Part shown: one piece after another, positions 48,455-57,667 of the stretch
Layout of the letters: every line of letters begins with the position of its first letter
How positions within the stretch are numbered: the stretch's first letter is position 1
Origin: a virus
Length of the DNA: 64,000 nucleotides
Virus record (IMG/VR): IMGVR_UViG_3300020420_000012
Span: 1-64,000 of that record
Direction: 5' to 3' (one strand)
Notes under the pieces: generated by a model
Databases searched by the model: none
Told to the model about the DNA's origin: nothing
What the model saw: the letters and a program-made list of their open reading frames with translations, nothing else
Made by a program: the position numbers and the translations under genes

Positions 48455-49633
48455 TTATTTTCCTTTTGTTACTTGTTCTATTGCATCAAGTAAAGTATTA
48501 GAAACTTTATTTCCTGATATTCCATAGTCTTCTTTTTTCATTGATGGCTTTTTTGGAAACATCTTCATAGATGGTTTATCAATTGCCTTGAATCTACCAG
48601 CGTCTTTAGTATTATCATGAGCTTCGGTACTTTGCTTGTGAGCTGCATCTGCTGCAGACTTATATTGTTTTGAATCACCGCCGTGTTTTTTATGTGCATC
48701 GTGTGCAACCTTATGCAATCTTTCAGCCTCATCATGAGCATTTGCGGCATAGTCATGTGCAGAACTATCGCTATTACCTGCCTCAGTTGAGTGTCTTTCA
48801 CCATGATGTCCATGAGCGGCTGCCATTGATTTATGATAAGCCTGATCTTCATTGACTGTTGATTCTGCAGTTTGCATCTTTGCTGATGGATCTTTTACTG
48901 GTGTTGCGCTAGGCTTTACTGTAAGATCACCTTTATTTTGATCGCCTTTTCTTAACTTCTTACCAGGTGCACTTTTCTTGATAGCGTCTGCAGTATCTTT
49001 TGCAGCTTTCATTCCATCTGCTTCAACACTCTTTGGTGTATTAAGCATATCCATTGCGCCCTTTGATGACATTGACTTCATATGCATCGGCTCTGGTTCT
49101 GTGGCACCTTTATAGTGTGCAGCTCTATCGCCTTCAAACAGTGACATTAATTTTTCTCTAAAAGTCATTGTACTCTCTTTCTTTACTGATTCTTTTTTAG
49201 CCATGTCGTGATAATGGTCTTTATGTTTGTTATCAGTTCTGCTATACTGAGGTAACTTATCATAATCATGACCGTCTTTCTTAGCAAGTTCTTTTGCTTT
49301 TTGCAAATGAAAATAACTCTTATCACCTGCTGTTTTTCCTACTGATTCTTTTTTCTCTTTTTTCTTAACTCTTTCACCTGTCGAATAATGATAATCATCA
49401 GCTTCTTTCTGATCTGCGATCTTATTTGCTAAATCTTTCTTCATAGTAACCGGATGGGTCTTCCCACCAAAGTTAAAAGATTTCTTTCCTTTTTTAGCTG
49501 CATCTGCTGCTGCACCATGAAAAGCAGTTCTTTCGTTTGCTGGAATATCTTCAGGTATATGATACTTAAATGATTCGCTTAGGCCCTGTTTATTTGGCCC
49601 GTGATCACTAAATGGATTTTCTGTTAAAAACAT
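48455..49633 (-). CDS. Basic, His-rich modular protein (putative internal head protein; start probably MFLTE at 49633)
   Basis: AGGAG SD at 49641-49645; Lys-rich modules and a His/Ala-rich helical segment. Confidence 0.6.
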   Translation of the reverse strand: MFLTENPFSDHGPNKQGLSESFKYHIPEDIPANERTAFHGAAADAAKKGKKSFNFGGKTHPVTMKKDLANKIADQKEADDYHYSTGERVKKKEKKESVGKTAGDKSYFHLQKAKELAKKDGHDYDKLPQYSRTDNKHKDHYHDMAKKESVKKESTMTFREKLMSLFEGDRAAHYKGATEPEPMHMKSMSSKGAMDMLNTPKSVEADGMKAAKDTADAIKKSAPGKKLRKGDQNKGDLTVKPSATPVKDPSAKMQTAESTVNEDQAYHKSMAAAHGHHGERHSTEAGNSDSSAHDYAANAHDEAERLHKVAHDAHKKHGGDSKQYKSAADAAHKQSTEAHDNTKDAGRFKAIDKPSMKMFPKKPSMKKEDYGISGNKVSNTLLDAIEQVTKGK

Positions 49634-49644
49634 TTTTTTTCTCC

Positions 49645-49974
49645 TTACATCCACATATGGGCCACGTAGGCACCTACCGCTGCAACCACTGCAGCGTATA
49701 CAATCTTATTTATAATACTTACGGTTCTTGAATTATCATCGACAGCTTTCTGTATCTCGTCTAATTTTACTGAAAGCTTGTTCATACGTTCTCTCATATT
49801 CTCATGATCGTCTTGTAATGCTATGATTTTCTCCTCTGCTCGAGCCAAAGAGATCATAGCGTCTGCAAGTTTATCAATCTTAGTTTCGATTCTATCTAAT
49901 CGTGATTCAGTTGTCTCATTTTGAGCCATCTTACTGTAATCCTTTAATATTTGTTCTATGAGGTCTTTGTCCAT
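49645..49974 (-). CDS. Coiled-coil protein with C-terminal TM helix (XhlA/holin-like); true start may be internal at MAQNE
   Basis: 'RLDRIE.KIDKL......ARAEEKI' coiled coil plus hydrophobic C-terminus. Confidence 0.55.
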   Translation of the reverse strand: MDKDLIEQILKDYSKMAQNETTESRLDRIETKIDKLADAMISLARAEEKIIALQDDHENMRERMNKLSVKLDEIQKAVDDNSRTVSIINKIVYAAVVAAVGAYVAHMWM

Positions 49975-50049
49975 AAATATATTTATTGCTCGTCAAAAAA
50001 TTGACACCTACAATAATTTGTCTATAATTAACTGTCAGATTCTTGACAC

Positions 50050-50193
50050 TCATCTACTTTTTCCTTGTCCTCTATACTTTTTAAAACTTCTTCTTTTATG
50101 TTTATTCATAGTTGAAGTTATTGGTTTTCGTCCAATTGTTGTACCATGTTTTTTTGGTTCATGAACTGTTACTGAACGAAACAACTTTGCCAT
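50050..50193 (-). CDS. Small very basic protein (47 aa, below the track cutoff)
   Basis: Manual translation MAKLFRSVTVHEPKKHGTTIGRKPITSTMNKHKRRSFKKYRGQGKSR*; TAATG overlap with the upstream gene. Confidence 0.65.
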   Translation of the reverse strand: MAKLFRSVTVHEPKKHGTTIGRKPITSTMNKHKRRSFKKYRGQGKSR

Positions 50194-50357
50194 TACTCAG
50201 CTTTCCATATTGTCCATATACCATAAGCGATCGCTATACCTGCTGCAATTTTAGCTAATGGCGATAGAAATAAAATCATAAGACCAAGAGCAATACACAC
50301 TGCTCCGTCCATAGATGTTCTTTCTTTAATTCTATTGTTAATCCATTTTTTAATCAT
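50193..50357 (-). CDS. Small two-TM membrane protein (holin-like); start MIKKW at 50357
   Basis: 'R..ERTS.DG' followed by two hydrophobic helices; TAATG overlap. Confidence 0.55.
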   Translation of the reverse strand: MIKKWINNRIKERTSMDGAVCIALGLMILFLSPLAKIAAGIAIAYGIWTIWKAE

Positions 50358-50662
50358 TAGCAATTCCATCTCCTTCTTGCTTGTCTTAATCTGCTGTTTG
50401 GATCTTTTGCTGCTTTTGGAAACTTTTTCATTTGTCCTGCACTTCTTGCACAATAACTTTTTCTTCTATTAGCAGCTTTTGAACCTTTTTTTAACTTAGA
50501 TGGTTCTGTAGTTACAGCAGTTTTTAAATTTCCACCTGTCTTTCTATTTACAGCATCGACACCTTTCTGTGTCATACCTGCGCCTTTATCAGTTGCACGA
50601 AAATGACCTTTAGAGTCTTTACCTTTTTCTTCAATAAAAGTTTTAAATCTAACCAAACTCAT
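50357..50662 (-). CDS. DUF6321-like basic protein
   Basis: 'G.T.KG.....R..G..LK.AV...RRKSYCARS.G.......DPNSRL..A.RRW.C'; CTS-like N-terminus. Confidence 0.65.
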   Translation of the reverse strand: MSLVRFKTFIEEKGKDSKGHFRATDKGAGMTQKGVDAVNRKTGGNLKTAVTTEPSKLKKGSKAANRRKSYCARSAGQMKKFPKAAKDPNSRLRQARRRWNC

Positions 50663-51692
50663 GTCCAGCTATCCTTTTCATTTGTGCGTTGAACTCACCT
50701 TGGCCCGGCTTCTTCTTATAAAGTTTCTTTGTAAGGCTACTGTCTTTTTTACCTTTTATTCTGTACTTAAATCCTTTTGCTTTATGTTCTGGATCTGTAG
50801 TTTTTACCAATCTTCTTTTATATTGTGCTTCATAAGATTCTGGACCTTTTGGCGCATCAGTACCTTCGTTTTGACCGGGTGTTTGTTTCTTCATTAGTTT
50901 TACAGATTCAGGTGTACCGTAATCATATTTGTATTCGGCAACTTCTCTACCTTGTGCTTTTTGTCTAAATGCTTTTCTTTTTTTTGCAGTAGTAGTTCTT
51001 TCAACATCTTGTATTAGAGAAGGCTGTTTAACGATCTTTCTTAATTTTTGTAACAATGAACCAGGTGTTTTATCATCCATATACATATCAGGTAATCCTG
51101 CAATAGAAACTTTATAGCTTCCTTCATTTTTCATATTAAGAGCTCTTTTAATAAGTTCCTTTTTAGTATCGTCACGCTTAGCCACTGTAGTAAGTATATT
51201 TGCTTTTCTTTCAATCTCTTTTGCACGCTTACCAGTAGTTCTAAACATATCAGGCATAGCTTTTCTATTTGGTCCTACAAGTGCTCTTTGCAATTTTGCT
51301 TTTGTCTTTAACTTCATTGATAACTCGTTAACGTCATCCATCACTGGTCTTTTAAAGCCATGTTTTGATAACACGTCATCTTTATTATGTTTATCAAATG
51401 CTGATTGAGCCTTCTTAATGTTTTTCTTTTGTATTACTTTTTTTCTAAGCTTTGCAAAAGTTGGTTTATCTCTATCTAACTCAGGTTTACTACCGTCTCT
51501 ATTATTTTGACCAAAAAGTTTTAAAGTACTACCTGCAAACTTTGCTTCTTGTGGTCCACGCTTGGCGTCAAGGTATGCAGCAACAGCCATTTGTTGACGT
51601 TTCTTTTTACTCTTACCTTTAAACTGCGGTGCCTTTGACTTTTTAAAGTCTTTAATGTAGGAACCTATTCCATCTTTTGGATCTAATGGCAT
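50649..51692 (-). CDS. Basic modular protein (putative internal head protein)
   Basis: 'YI.DF.KS.APQFKGKS..KR..MA.AAY' module plus further modules after NE/QE sites. Confidence 0.6.
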   Translation of the reverse strand: MPLDPKDGIGSYIKDFKKSKAPQFKGKSKKKRQQMAVAAYLDAKRGPQEAKFAGSTLKLFGQNNRDGSKPELDRDKPTFAKLRKKVIQKKNIKKAQSAFDKHNKDDVLSKHGFKRPVMDDVNELSMKLKTKAKLQRALVGPNRKAMPDMFRTTGKRAKEIERKANILTTVAKRDDTKKELIKRALNMKNEGSYKVSIAGLPDMYMDDKTPGSLLQKLRKIVKQPSLIQDVERTTTAKKRKAFRQKAQGREVAEYKYDYGTPESVKLMKKQTPGQNEGTDAPKGPESYEAQYKRRLVKTTDPEHKAKGFKYRIKGKKDSSLTKKLYKKKPGQGEFNAQMKRIAGHEFG

Positions 51693-51693
51693 A

Positions 51694-51915
51694 TTACTTT
51701 GCTTTCATTGCTGTTTGCATGGCTTTGATGAGATTATTCATATCCTTTGAAAGAACTTGAATATATCTACCTCTTTCACCATAATTGATTTGATAACCTA
51801 TACCACCTTTAAGGCGTGTTTTTGTGATTTGTATTCCAAACTTATCATAAACGTCTTCGCCTTCTTCAATCTTTTCAGGCTGTAATACTTCAAAAATAGC
51901 TTTTCTTAAACTCAT
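51694..51915 (-). CDS. Hypothetical protein
   Basis: 73 aa; ATGA overlap; N-terminus MSLRKAIFE. Confidence 0.55.
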   Translation of the reverse strand: MSLRKAIFEVLQPEKIEEGEDVYDKFGIQITKTRLKGGIGYQINYGERGRYIQVLSKDMNNLIKAMQTAMKAK

Positions 51916-52712
51916 TTCATACTCCCTACTTTTTTACGAGTACCAAACGCTTTAGTATCGCCTTTATCCATCATACCTTTCATACCGGCTGCTGGATCAG
52001 ACTTACCGTGATAGCCTTGTGCATACCCTGGTTTTAGTTTTTTAATCTTTCCGCCTTTAGCTTTGAAAGCATCAATTGCTTTTTGATGTGCTGCTTTCTC
52101 TGCATCAGACATAGCTTCTTTTTTTGAAAGTCTGTTTGTAGCTCTATCAATGCCACGTACTCTCATCGATGCTTTTCTCTCAGGACCTTTTTGATAATCT
52201 TGGTCAGGATGCGTACCACCAAGTTTGCTAATAGCATCTTGTCTTTCATCATCTCTACCTTTTTGAAATACATCTCTTGCAGCTTTACTTATGTAATTCT
52301 TTGCTAGCTTTTTTGAGATCTCATTTACACTATTCATTAAATCATTTGTTACAGCTTCATTATTTTTTTTCTTCTTACCTCTTTCGGCCATAGATGCATG
52401 CGCTGCTTTTTGCTGAGCGTAAGATACGTAACCTTCTTTCTTATCTTTCTTCTTCTTACCTTTGCCGCTAAGATCAGAATCAGCACCGTAGTAAGTACCT
52501 TTACCTTTTGTGATATAAGAATTGACTCGAGCCATTCCCCATTGTTGTGGTGTAGTGCCTGGTCTATGACCAGTTCTCCAAGCCGCCATTCCTCTATTAT
52601 ACACCTTCTTTAATGTACCGAGAGATATACCCGACTTAGCTGCTTTTTTCTTTAAGCCTTCGTTTTCAAGTAACTCATCGAAGGATTCTGAATAAGATGA
52701 AAATTTAAGCAT
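51912..52712 (-). CDS. Basic modular protein with a DUF5824-like module
   Basis: 'LKKKA.KSG...G.LK.VY.RG.AAW.TGHRPG.T.QQW..ARVNS'; CTS-like N-terminus. Confidence 0.6.
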   Translation of the reverse strand: MLKFSSYSESFDELLENEGLKKKAAKSGISLGTLKKVYNRGMAAWRTGHRPGTTPQQWGMARVNSYITKGKGTYYGADSDLSGKGKKKKDKKEGYVSYAQQKAAHASMAERGKKKKNNEAVTNDLMNSVNEISKKLAKNYISKAARDVFQKGRDDERQDAISKLGGTHPDQDYQKGPERKASMRVRGIDRATNRLSKKEAMSDAEKAAHQKAIDAFKAKGGKIKKLKPGYAQGYHGKSDPAAGMKGMMDKGDTKAFGTRKKVGSMK

Positions 52713-53889
52713 CTTGTTTACTCCTGTTTTTTATTTTTCTTACTTTAGCGCGATCTAACATTCGAGCATGTTTTATTTTATCGACCATTTTTTCACGTTC
52801 AATTTTTTTCTTAGCAAGTTGAACAGCATCCTCACCAAACATCTTTCGATATTTAAGTGTATGTTTGCTTGGTTTTGTTTTTGCTTTCGCGTCGCCTGGT
52901 GCTTTTTTATAAGCAGCAGGATTATCATCATCCATTTTTGCATGTTTTCTAAAGTGTGCTAACCTCTTCTTCTTAGTAGCTTTCTCTAGTCCTTTATAAT
53001 AAGGTGCAGGCTGAGAGCCTTTTTTATCTTTTATATCTTTGTCTTGTCTTACTCTATCTTTAAAATCTTTTTCTACTAACTCTATAGCATCAAGCCATTT
53101 TCGATAAAGTTTATCACCTGACTCAATAATGACATAATTACTTCCAAGCTTGGTAACATGACCCAACTCGTCAGTCCCCAAGATAGCAACACAATCACCA
53201 ATACTATACAGATTTCCCTTAACATATTTCTCCCTCGTTTCTGAGACGGGGTCGAGGTTTATTTTGTTATAATATTCTTTCTGTTGTTTAAGGCCCATGC
53301 CTTTTCTCACTTCGTTATAAACTCTTTTTGCATCTGAGTTTGATACGTTTCTTGGTAATCCCTGAGAAAATTGTGTAAAGTCACCATCACTTGCAATCTT
53401 TCTCATTTTTGAAGCTGACATTCCAGAGACATCATCAGCATCAGGGTCCCTCTCCCCGGCTGACACGACATTAATTTTATTAAAATTATAAAGTCCGTGT
53501 CTACTTTTAACTCCATTATACTTGTTTAAGAGCGTTTTAAATTCATTAACTCTATCAGAACCAACTACCATATTAATATTTTTATAACCTTCATTATTTA
53601 ATTTAGTCATTGCATCAAAAACCGTCTTGACTTTCTTATCAAGAATTACTTGTCTTGCATGCTTAGGAAAAAATCTTCTAACAGTTTTAACTTTGAAATT
53701 ATAATCCAACGGATTTTTTTTGTTGTCAGTACTTTGTGTTAAATAAACTCTATAAGGATTCTTTCCAGACTTCTTAGATAGTTCATTCATCAATTTTTCA
53801 TGACCAGATGTTGGAGGATTCATACGACCAAAAGTAAAATATATGGTCTTGTCTTCCTCAATCAAAAATGATTTAAATGAATTTATCAT
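52705..53889 (-). CDS. HxGH-class nucleotidyltransferase (cytidylyltransferase-like) with basic C-terminal extension
   Basis: 'FTFGRMNPPTSGHEKL', 'VVGSDRV..F..LL..YNG', 'SAGERDPD', 'MSASKMR'. Confidence 0.8.
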   Translation of the reverse strand: MINSFKSFLIEEDKTIYFTFGRMNPPTSGHEKLMNELSKKSGKNPYRVYLTQSTDNKKNPLDYNFKVKTVRRFFPKHARQVILDKKVKTVFDAMTKLNNEGYKNINMVVGSDRVNEFKTLLNKYNGVKSRHGLYNFNKINVVSAGERDPDADDVSGMSASKMRKIASDGDFTQFSQGLPRNVSNSDAKRVYNEVRKGMGLKQQKEYYNKINLDPVSETREKYVKGNLYSIGDCVAILGTDELGHVTKLGSNYVIIESGDKLYRKWLDAIELVEKDFKDRVRQDKDIKDKKGSQPAPYYKGLEKATKKKRLAHFRKHAKMDDDNPAAYKKAPGDAKAKTKPSKHTLKYRKMFGEDAVQLAKKKIEREKMVDKIKHARMLDRAKVRKIKNRSKQDA

Positions 53890-55484
53890 TAACCTTTCTT
53901 TCTTTGTACTTCTGCTTTTCTTACGTCTTTAAATATTCTTTTTGCTATTCTTTGAATTCTACTTTTTAAGGCAGGCTTATCAAGTCTCTTTTCTATCTCT
54001 TGTTTTCTTGCAAATGTAAGTTCTCTTTTTGGTATTCCTCTTGTTAACTTTTTTGCAATTTGATTACGAGCCTGTCTCATTGCTCTTTTCTCGAGAGTCT
54101 TCTTATTAGCCATTTTTCTTTTGGCTCTATCTCGACCTATCTTGATTCTTGCTTTAAGTCGTTTCATTAAACGACCACGTTTCATTCTTTGCTGTAATGT
54201 TAGTGCTTCTTCAACGTTTTTTTCTTCGTTTGTTTCTGCATGTTTTTTGTACATGTTTTGCACGATATCACTATGATGTTCATCAGGATATTTCTTTTTT
54301 ACAGCTTTCATAAATGCACTTGTATTTCCTTTATATTTTTTATCCTTGGACATGTCACTTATGTTTTTCTTAACCATAGGATTAACTAGTGCAGTTTTTC
54401 GTCTAAAAGCTGTACTTGTAACTCTTGCTTCATCAACATCTTCTTTCTTTGCAGCTGCTTTCTTAGCTTCTTTTTCTTTTCTTTTCTGTATATTTAAAGG
54501 ATGAAGTGGATGTTTCATGCCGTATTTAGTTTTGCCATGATACGGATCTTTTTTTGTTGGTCTTCCTCTTAGATCCATAGGATCAATCATTTCATTAACT
54601 TCTTCTTTATGAATATCCATTCTTGTTCCTGATGGAGTCTTAACATAATTCTTTACTTTATAACCATGCTTCTTTGCAAAGTCTTGTCCGTCTTTCTCTT
54701 TGTGATAACTCTTCATGTGTAAGTGTAAATGTTTATCATCTGGCTTTTTAATCATACTTGGAATTTTTTTAACACTCATACTTCCATCAGAGTGTGTTTG
54801 AGCATCGCGATGTGCATCACTATGGTTTATGGCTTCTTTAGGGTACATTTTGAATACTTTAGCACGAGCTTTGTCTATATATTTTTTTCTATTCATCATG
54901 TAGTCTCTTGGATTCTTTGCGAGAGTTCTGGCGTGTTTGACAATATCCATAGCACTCTTCGGTTTAAGAACTGAAGCTTCATTCTTTGCTTTGTCTAACT
55001 CTTCTCTAGTTGGAATTCTTCTTTTAGGAAGACTGGAAACTGGTCCACGGTGTGTCAATGTGATATCACCTTTGACACCTTTTTTTCTAAGTTGTTTCAT
55101 AGCATCGTCTGGATTTTTAGCATGAACGTTGCCTGCCATGCTTTTGTGACCGATCCTATAAGCCTGCATTTCTTCTTTCTTAATAACTTCTTTATCAGTT
55201 GGTACCATTCTAATTCTTGTCTTACCGTCCGGACCAATATATTTTTCTGGTTTTTTATCCGCTGAATGCGTGCTGTCATTCATCTTTGCAAAAGCTGCCT
55301 TTCGATTTGCATCGCTTTTAAATCCAGCACTTAAATCATCTTTGGCTTTGGTAATAACTTTCTTACGCATAAACTTACTTACGCCTTTTTTACCTTTAAC
55401 TGGTACTTTTAAGTTTGGAAGTTTCTTGTCCGACTTCATAGACAGTTCGTTGACTAAGTCGAAAAAAGATTTCATTTGGGTCAT
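53889..55484 (-). CDS. Very basic modular protein (putative internal head polyprotein)
   Basis: CTS-like start 'MKSFFDLVNE'; Lys-rich modules separated by (V/K)xE sites; C-terminal 'AL...QR.KR...M.R' module. Confidence 0.6.
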   Translation of the reverse strand: MTQMKSFFDLVNELSMKSDKKLPNLKVPVKGKKGVSKFMRKKVITKAKDDLSAGFKSDANRKAAFAKMNDSTHSADKKPEKYIGPDGKTRIRMVPTDKEVIKKEEMQAYRIGHKSMAGNVHAKNPDDAMKQLRKKGVKGDITLTHRGPVSSLPKRRIPTREELDKAKNEASVLKPKSAMDIVKHARTLAKNPRDYMMNRKKYIDKARAKVFKMYPKEAINHSDAHRDAQTHSDGSMSVKKIPSMIKKPDDKHLHLHMKSYHKEKDGQDFAKKHGYKVKNYVKTPSGTRMDIHKEEVNEMIDPMDLRGRPTKKDPYHGKTKYGMKHPLHPLNIQKRKEKEAKKAAAKKEDVDEARVTSTAFRRKTALVNPMVKKNISDMSKDKKYKGNTSAFMKAVKKKYPDEHHSDIVQNMYKKHAETNEEKNVEEALTLQQRMKRGRLMKRLKARIKIGRDRAKRKMANKKTLEKRAMRQARNQIAKKLTRGIPKRELTFARKQEIEKRLDKPALKSRIQRIAKRIFKDVRKAEVQRKKG

Positions 55485-55485
55485 A

Positions 55486-56709
55486 CTAGTTCCTCCCTGG
55501 TTTGTCCCATCCTTTTAATATATCTGGTGAAAAGTTTGCGTATGAGAACTCCATACGGTCCACAATTTTCACTGCATCACCACCAAGTTTGTCAATAGCA
55601 ACGTATCCTTCTTGACCTGTAGTTTGATAACCATTTCTTGTCTTTAAGAACGTTTTAGTGCTATTTAACTTATTAAGTATATTTATAAGTTTTAACTTCG
55701 CTAGAACAATAACTTTTTGCATCTCAAACATCATAGTAAGACTTGTTTTGTTTTGCGGTGAAAAGAATTTTAATAATTCATCAAGTTTCTTTTGTTGTCC
55801 GGCTTTACCTTTTTCAGTTTTTCTTTTATCTATTTCTTTCTGATACTTTTGTTGAATGTACTTTATCAATTTTTCAACGTGGGCTTTGGTGTTACCAATG
55901 ACTTGGCCCTTTCGTACAAACGTATTATTAAACGTTTCAATAGTTTGAGCAAGGTTTTGATTAGCTTCGAGAGTACGTAAGGTAGTACCAGAAATTTTAT
56001 TAAATATCCTGCCAGCATTACTAAGATGTGCATTAACTTCCTCCGTATCTTTTTTAGTCATAGTGAATCGAGTCATGTCTCTTAACATAGCGTCTTGTGA
56101 CCAAACGTCTTTTGATTTAAAGTTAGAAGTGTTTACACCGTAAGAAGCTTTCATGTCTTCAAATTTTCTACCAGTGTAAGTTGTATGCCAAACAACACCG
56201 ATCTTTGCGGCCCTCGCCTTCTTTGCTGCTTCTGTGTTTGTTGGTATAGCATACATTATTGTATTTGGATGGAACGTAAGATATGGTTTGCCTTTTATCT
56301 TTTTTGTTTTTAAATCACCAGGTCCAAACAAAAAGTCTCCTTGTATTACGCCCTTAATACCAATATTTGGTAGGTATTTAAGTGCTGCTTTTAATTTTGC
56401 ATTGAGATCACCAGAAGTATCGTCATCAATATCATTGTTAGATTTATATACCTTTGGAGTGGCATTGAAAATTCCTTTCTTTGCAACAAAAAATGCACCG
56501 TCACGAGGATCAGTACCGGCAAAAACAGCTGGAGCTCCATCCCATTTGACGCTAACGTTTCCATCTTTGACACCTCCTAACATATCTCTGAGAGAACGAA
56601 GAGCAAGTATCGCTTGTCGAGTACCATCGACACCACCATAGAGAACTTTATCCTCAATGTGAGTCATATGAGTATTCTTTTGTTCTGATATAAATTCTTT
56701 AAAGTTCAT
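55486..56709 (-). CDS. DUF6267-like protein with ATP-dependent ligase-type motifs
   Basis: 'NTH..H.ED', motif I KWDG, 'QGDFLF', motif IV EGYV, motif V VKIV; starts MNFKEFISE. Confidence 0.65.
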   Translation of the reverse strand: MNFKEFISEQKNTHMTHIEDKVLYGGVDGTRQAILALRSLRDMLGGVKDGNVSVKWDGAPAVFAGTDPRDGAFFVAKKGIFNATPKVYKSNNDIDDDTSGDLNAKLKAALKYLPNIGIKGVIQGDFLFGPGDLKTKKIKGKPYLTFHPNTIMYAIPTNTEAAKKARAAKIGVVWHTTYTGRKFEDMKASYGVNTSNFKSKDVWSQDAMLRDMTRFTMTKKDTEEVNAHLSNAGRIFNKISGTTLRTLEANQNLAQTIETFNNTFVRKGQVIGNTKAHVEKLIKYIQQKYQKEIDKRKTEKGKAGQQKKLDELLKFFSPQNKTSLTMMFEMQKVIVLAKLKLINILNKLNSTKTFLKTRNGYQTTGQEGYVAIDKLGGDAVKIVDRMEFSYANFSPDILKGWDKPGRN

Positions 56710-56710
56710 T

Positions 56711-57574
56711 TTATAATTTTACTTCTGGCTTTGGTTTACCTTGTGTAATTTGCCCTAACCTAACTTGATTTTTTTTAATAGTTCCAATAAATTCAATATT
56801 ACCACCTACGTCTCTTTTCAAGTTACCTCTTGCGTCTTCGTCTTTTGCTGTACCAGATACTTTATTATTATTAAAAAGTAGTAACTTATTTTTTGCTAGA
56901 TAACCATAAGCTTTATTAACAAAATCAGATTCTATTTTTCTCATTTGAGTTGGATATTTCTTTCTAATTTCAATTAAATCAGCTTTGTTAACTTCTTCCT
57001 CACCGGTTCCACCAAATTTTAAACCTAAGTCTTTCTTAAATTGTACAACTTCTCTTACCATATCAGAAACTTTAACAGTTCCACCTAATCTAAAGCCGGC
57101 TGCAATTCTATCTTTTGATATTGTTGCTGCTTTTAGTTCATACTTATCTCCATCTAAAATCATGATATCAATTCCAGCACTACCTCCACCACCAACTATT
57201 GCTTTATTTACTAAAAAGTAAATCATAGCTTCACCTGGTCCAATACCTGCGGCAGGAAAATTCCATAGTTGCATAAAAGTGTTGTAATAATTATCTCTTA
57301 AATACTTAATTGATTTATTTACTGTATTTTTACTTGAAGTTGTAAGCTTTTCCTGTATTAACTCTAAAGGAAACTTAGGAAACCAATGTTGAGCAATCAT
57401 ATATTGTATTTCTTTTTTATATTTAATACTACCAAAATCTTTTGCTTTGATATTGATAGACTTGATAGCCATTGCTTTTCTAATATAGTCTCTGTCTAAG
57501 TCTTTTAAAAGTTGAGTAGCCATTTCATCTAGCCTCATGTAATGTGATTTAAATCTTTCCATATTAAACTCCAT
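56711..57574 (-). CDS. PD-(D/E)xK nuclease-like protein
   Basis: 'GIGPGE....' followed by 'IDI.......YELK'. Confidence 0.45.
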   Translation of the reverse strand: MEFNMERFKSHYMRLDEMATQLLKDLDRDYIRKAMAIKSINIKAKDFGSIKYKKEIQYMIAQHWFPKFPLELIQEKLTTSSKNTVNKSIKYLRDNYYNTFMQLWNFPAAGIGPGEAMIYFLVNKAIVGGGGSAGIDIMILDGDKYELKAATISKDRIAAGFRLGGTVKVSDMVREVVQFKKDLGLKFGGTGEEEVNKADLIEIRKKYPTQMRKIESDFVNKAYGYLAKNKLLLFNNNKVSGTAKDEDARGNLKRDVGGNIEFIGTIKKNQVRLGQITQGKPKPEVKL

Positions 57575-57588
57575 AGTTGTTTAATAGA

Positions 57589-57617
57589 ATTATACACTAT
57601 TTATAACAGTTTGTACA
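57589..57617 (-). promoter_or_regulatory. Early promoter TGTACA-N17-TATAAT with a nested late promoter TATAAATA (57598-57605)
   Basis: -35 at 57612-57617, -10 at 57589-57594; TATAAATA lies within the spacer. Confidence 0.7.
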
Positions 57618-57618
57618 C

Positions 57619-57643
57619 AAAAAAAGCACCCGAAGGTGCTTTT
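57619..57643 (-). terminator. Rho-independent terminator with UUCG tetraloop
   Basis: Minus strand AAAAGCACC-TTCG-GGTGCTTTTTTT, downstream of the transporter gene. Confidence 0.85.
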
Positions 57644-57667
57644 ATCACCGAAAGGAGAAGTGAATTC

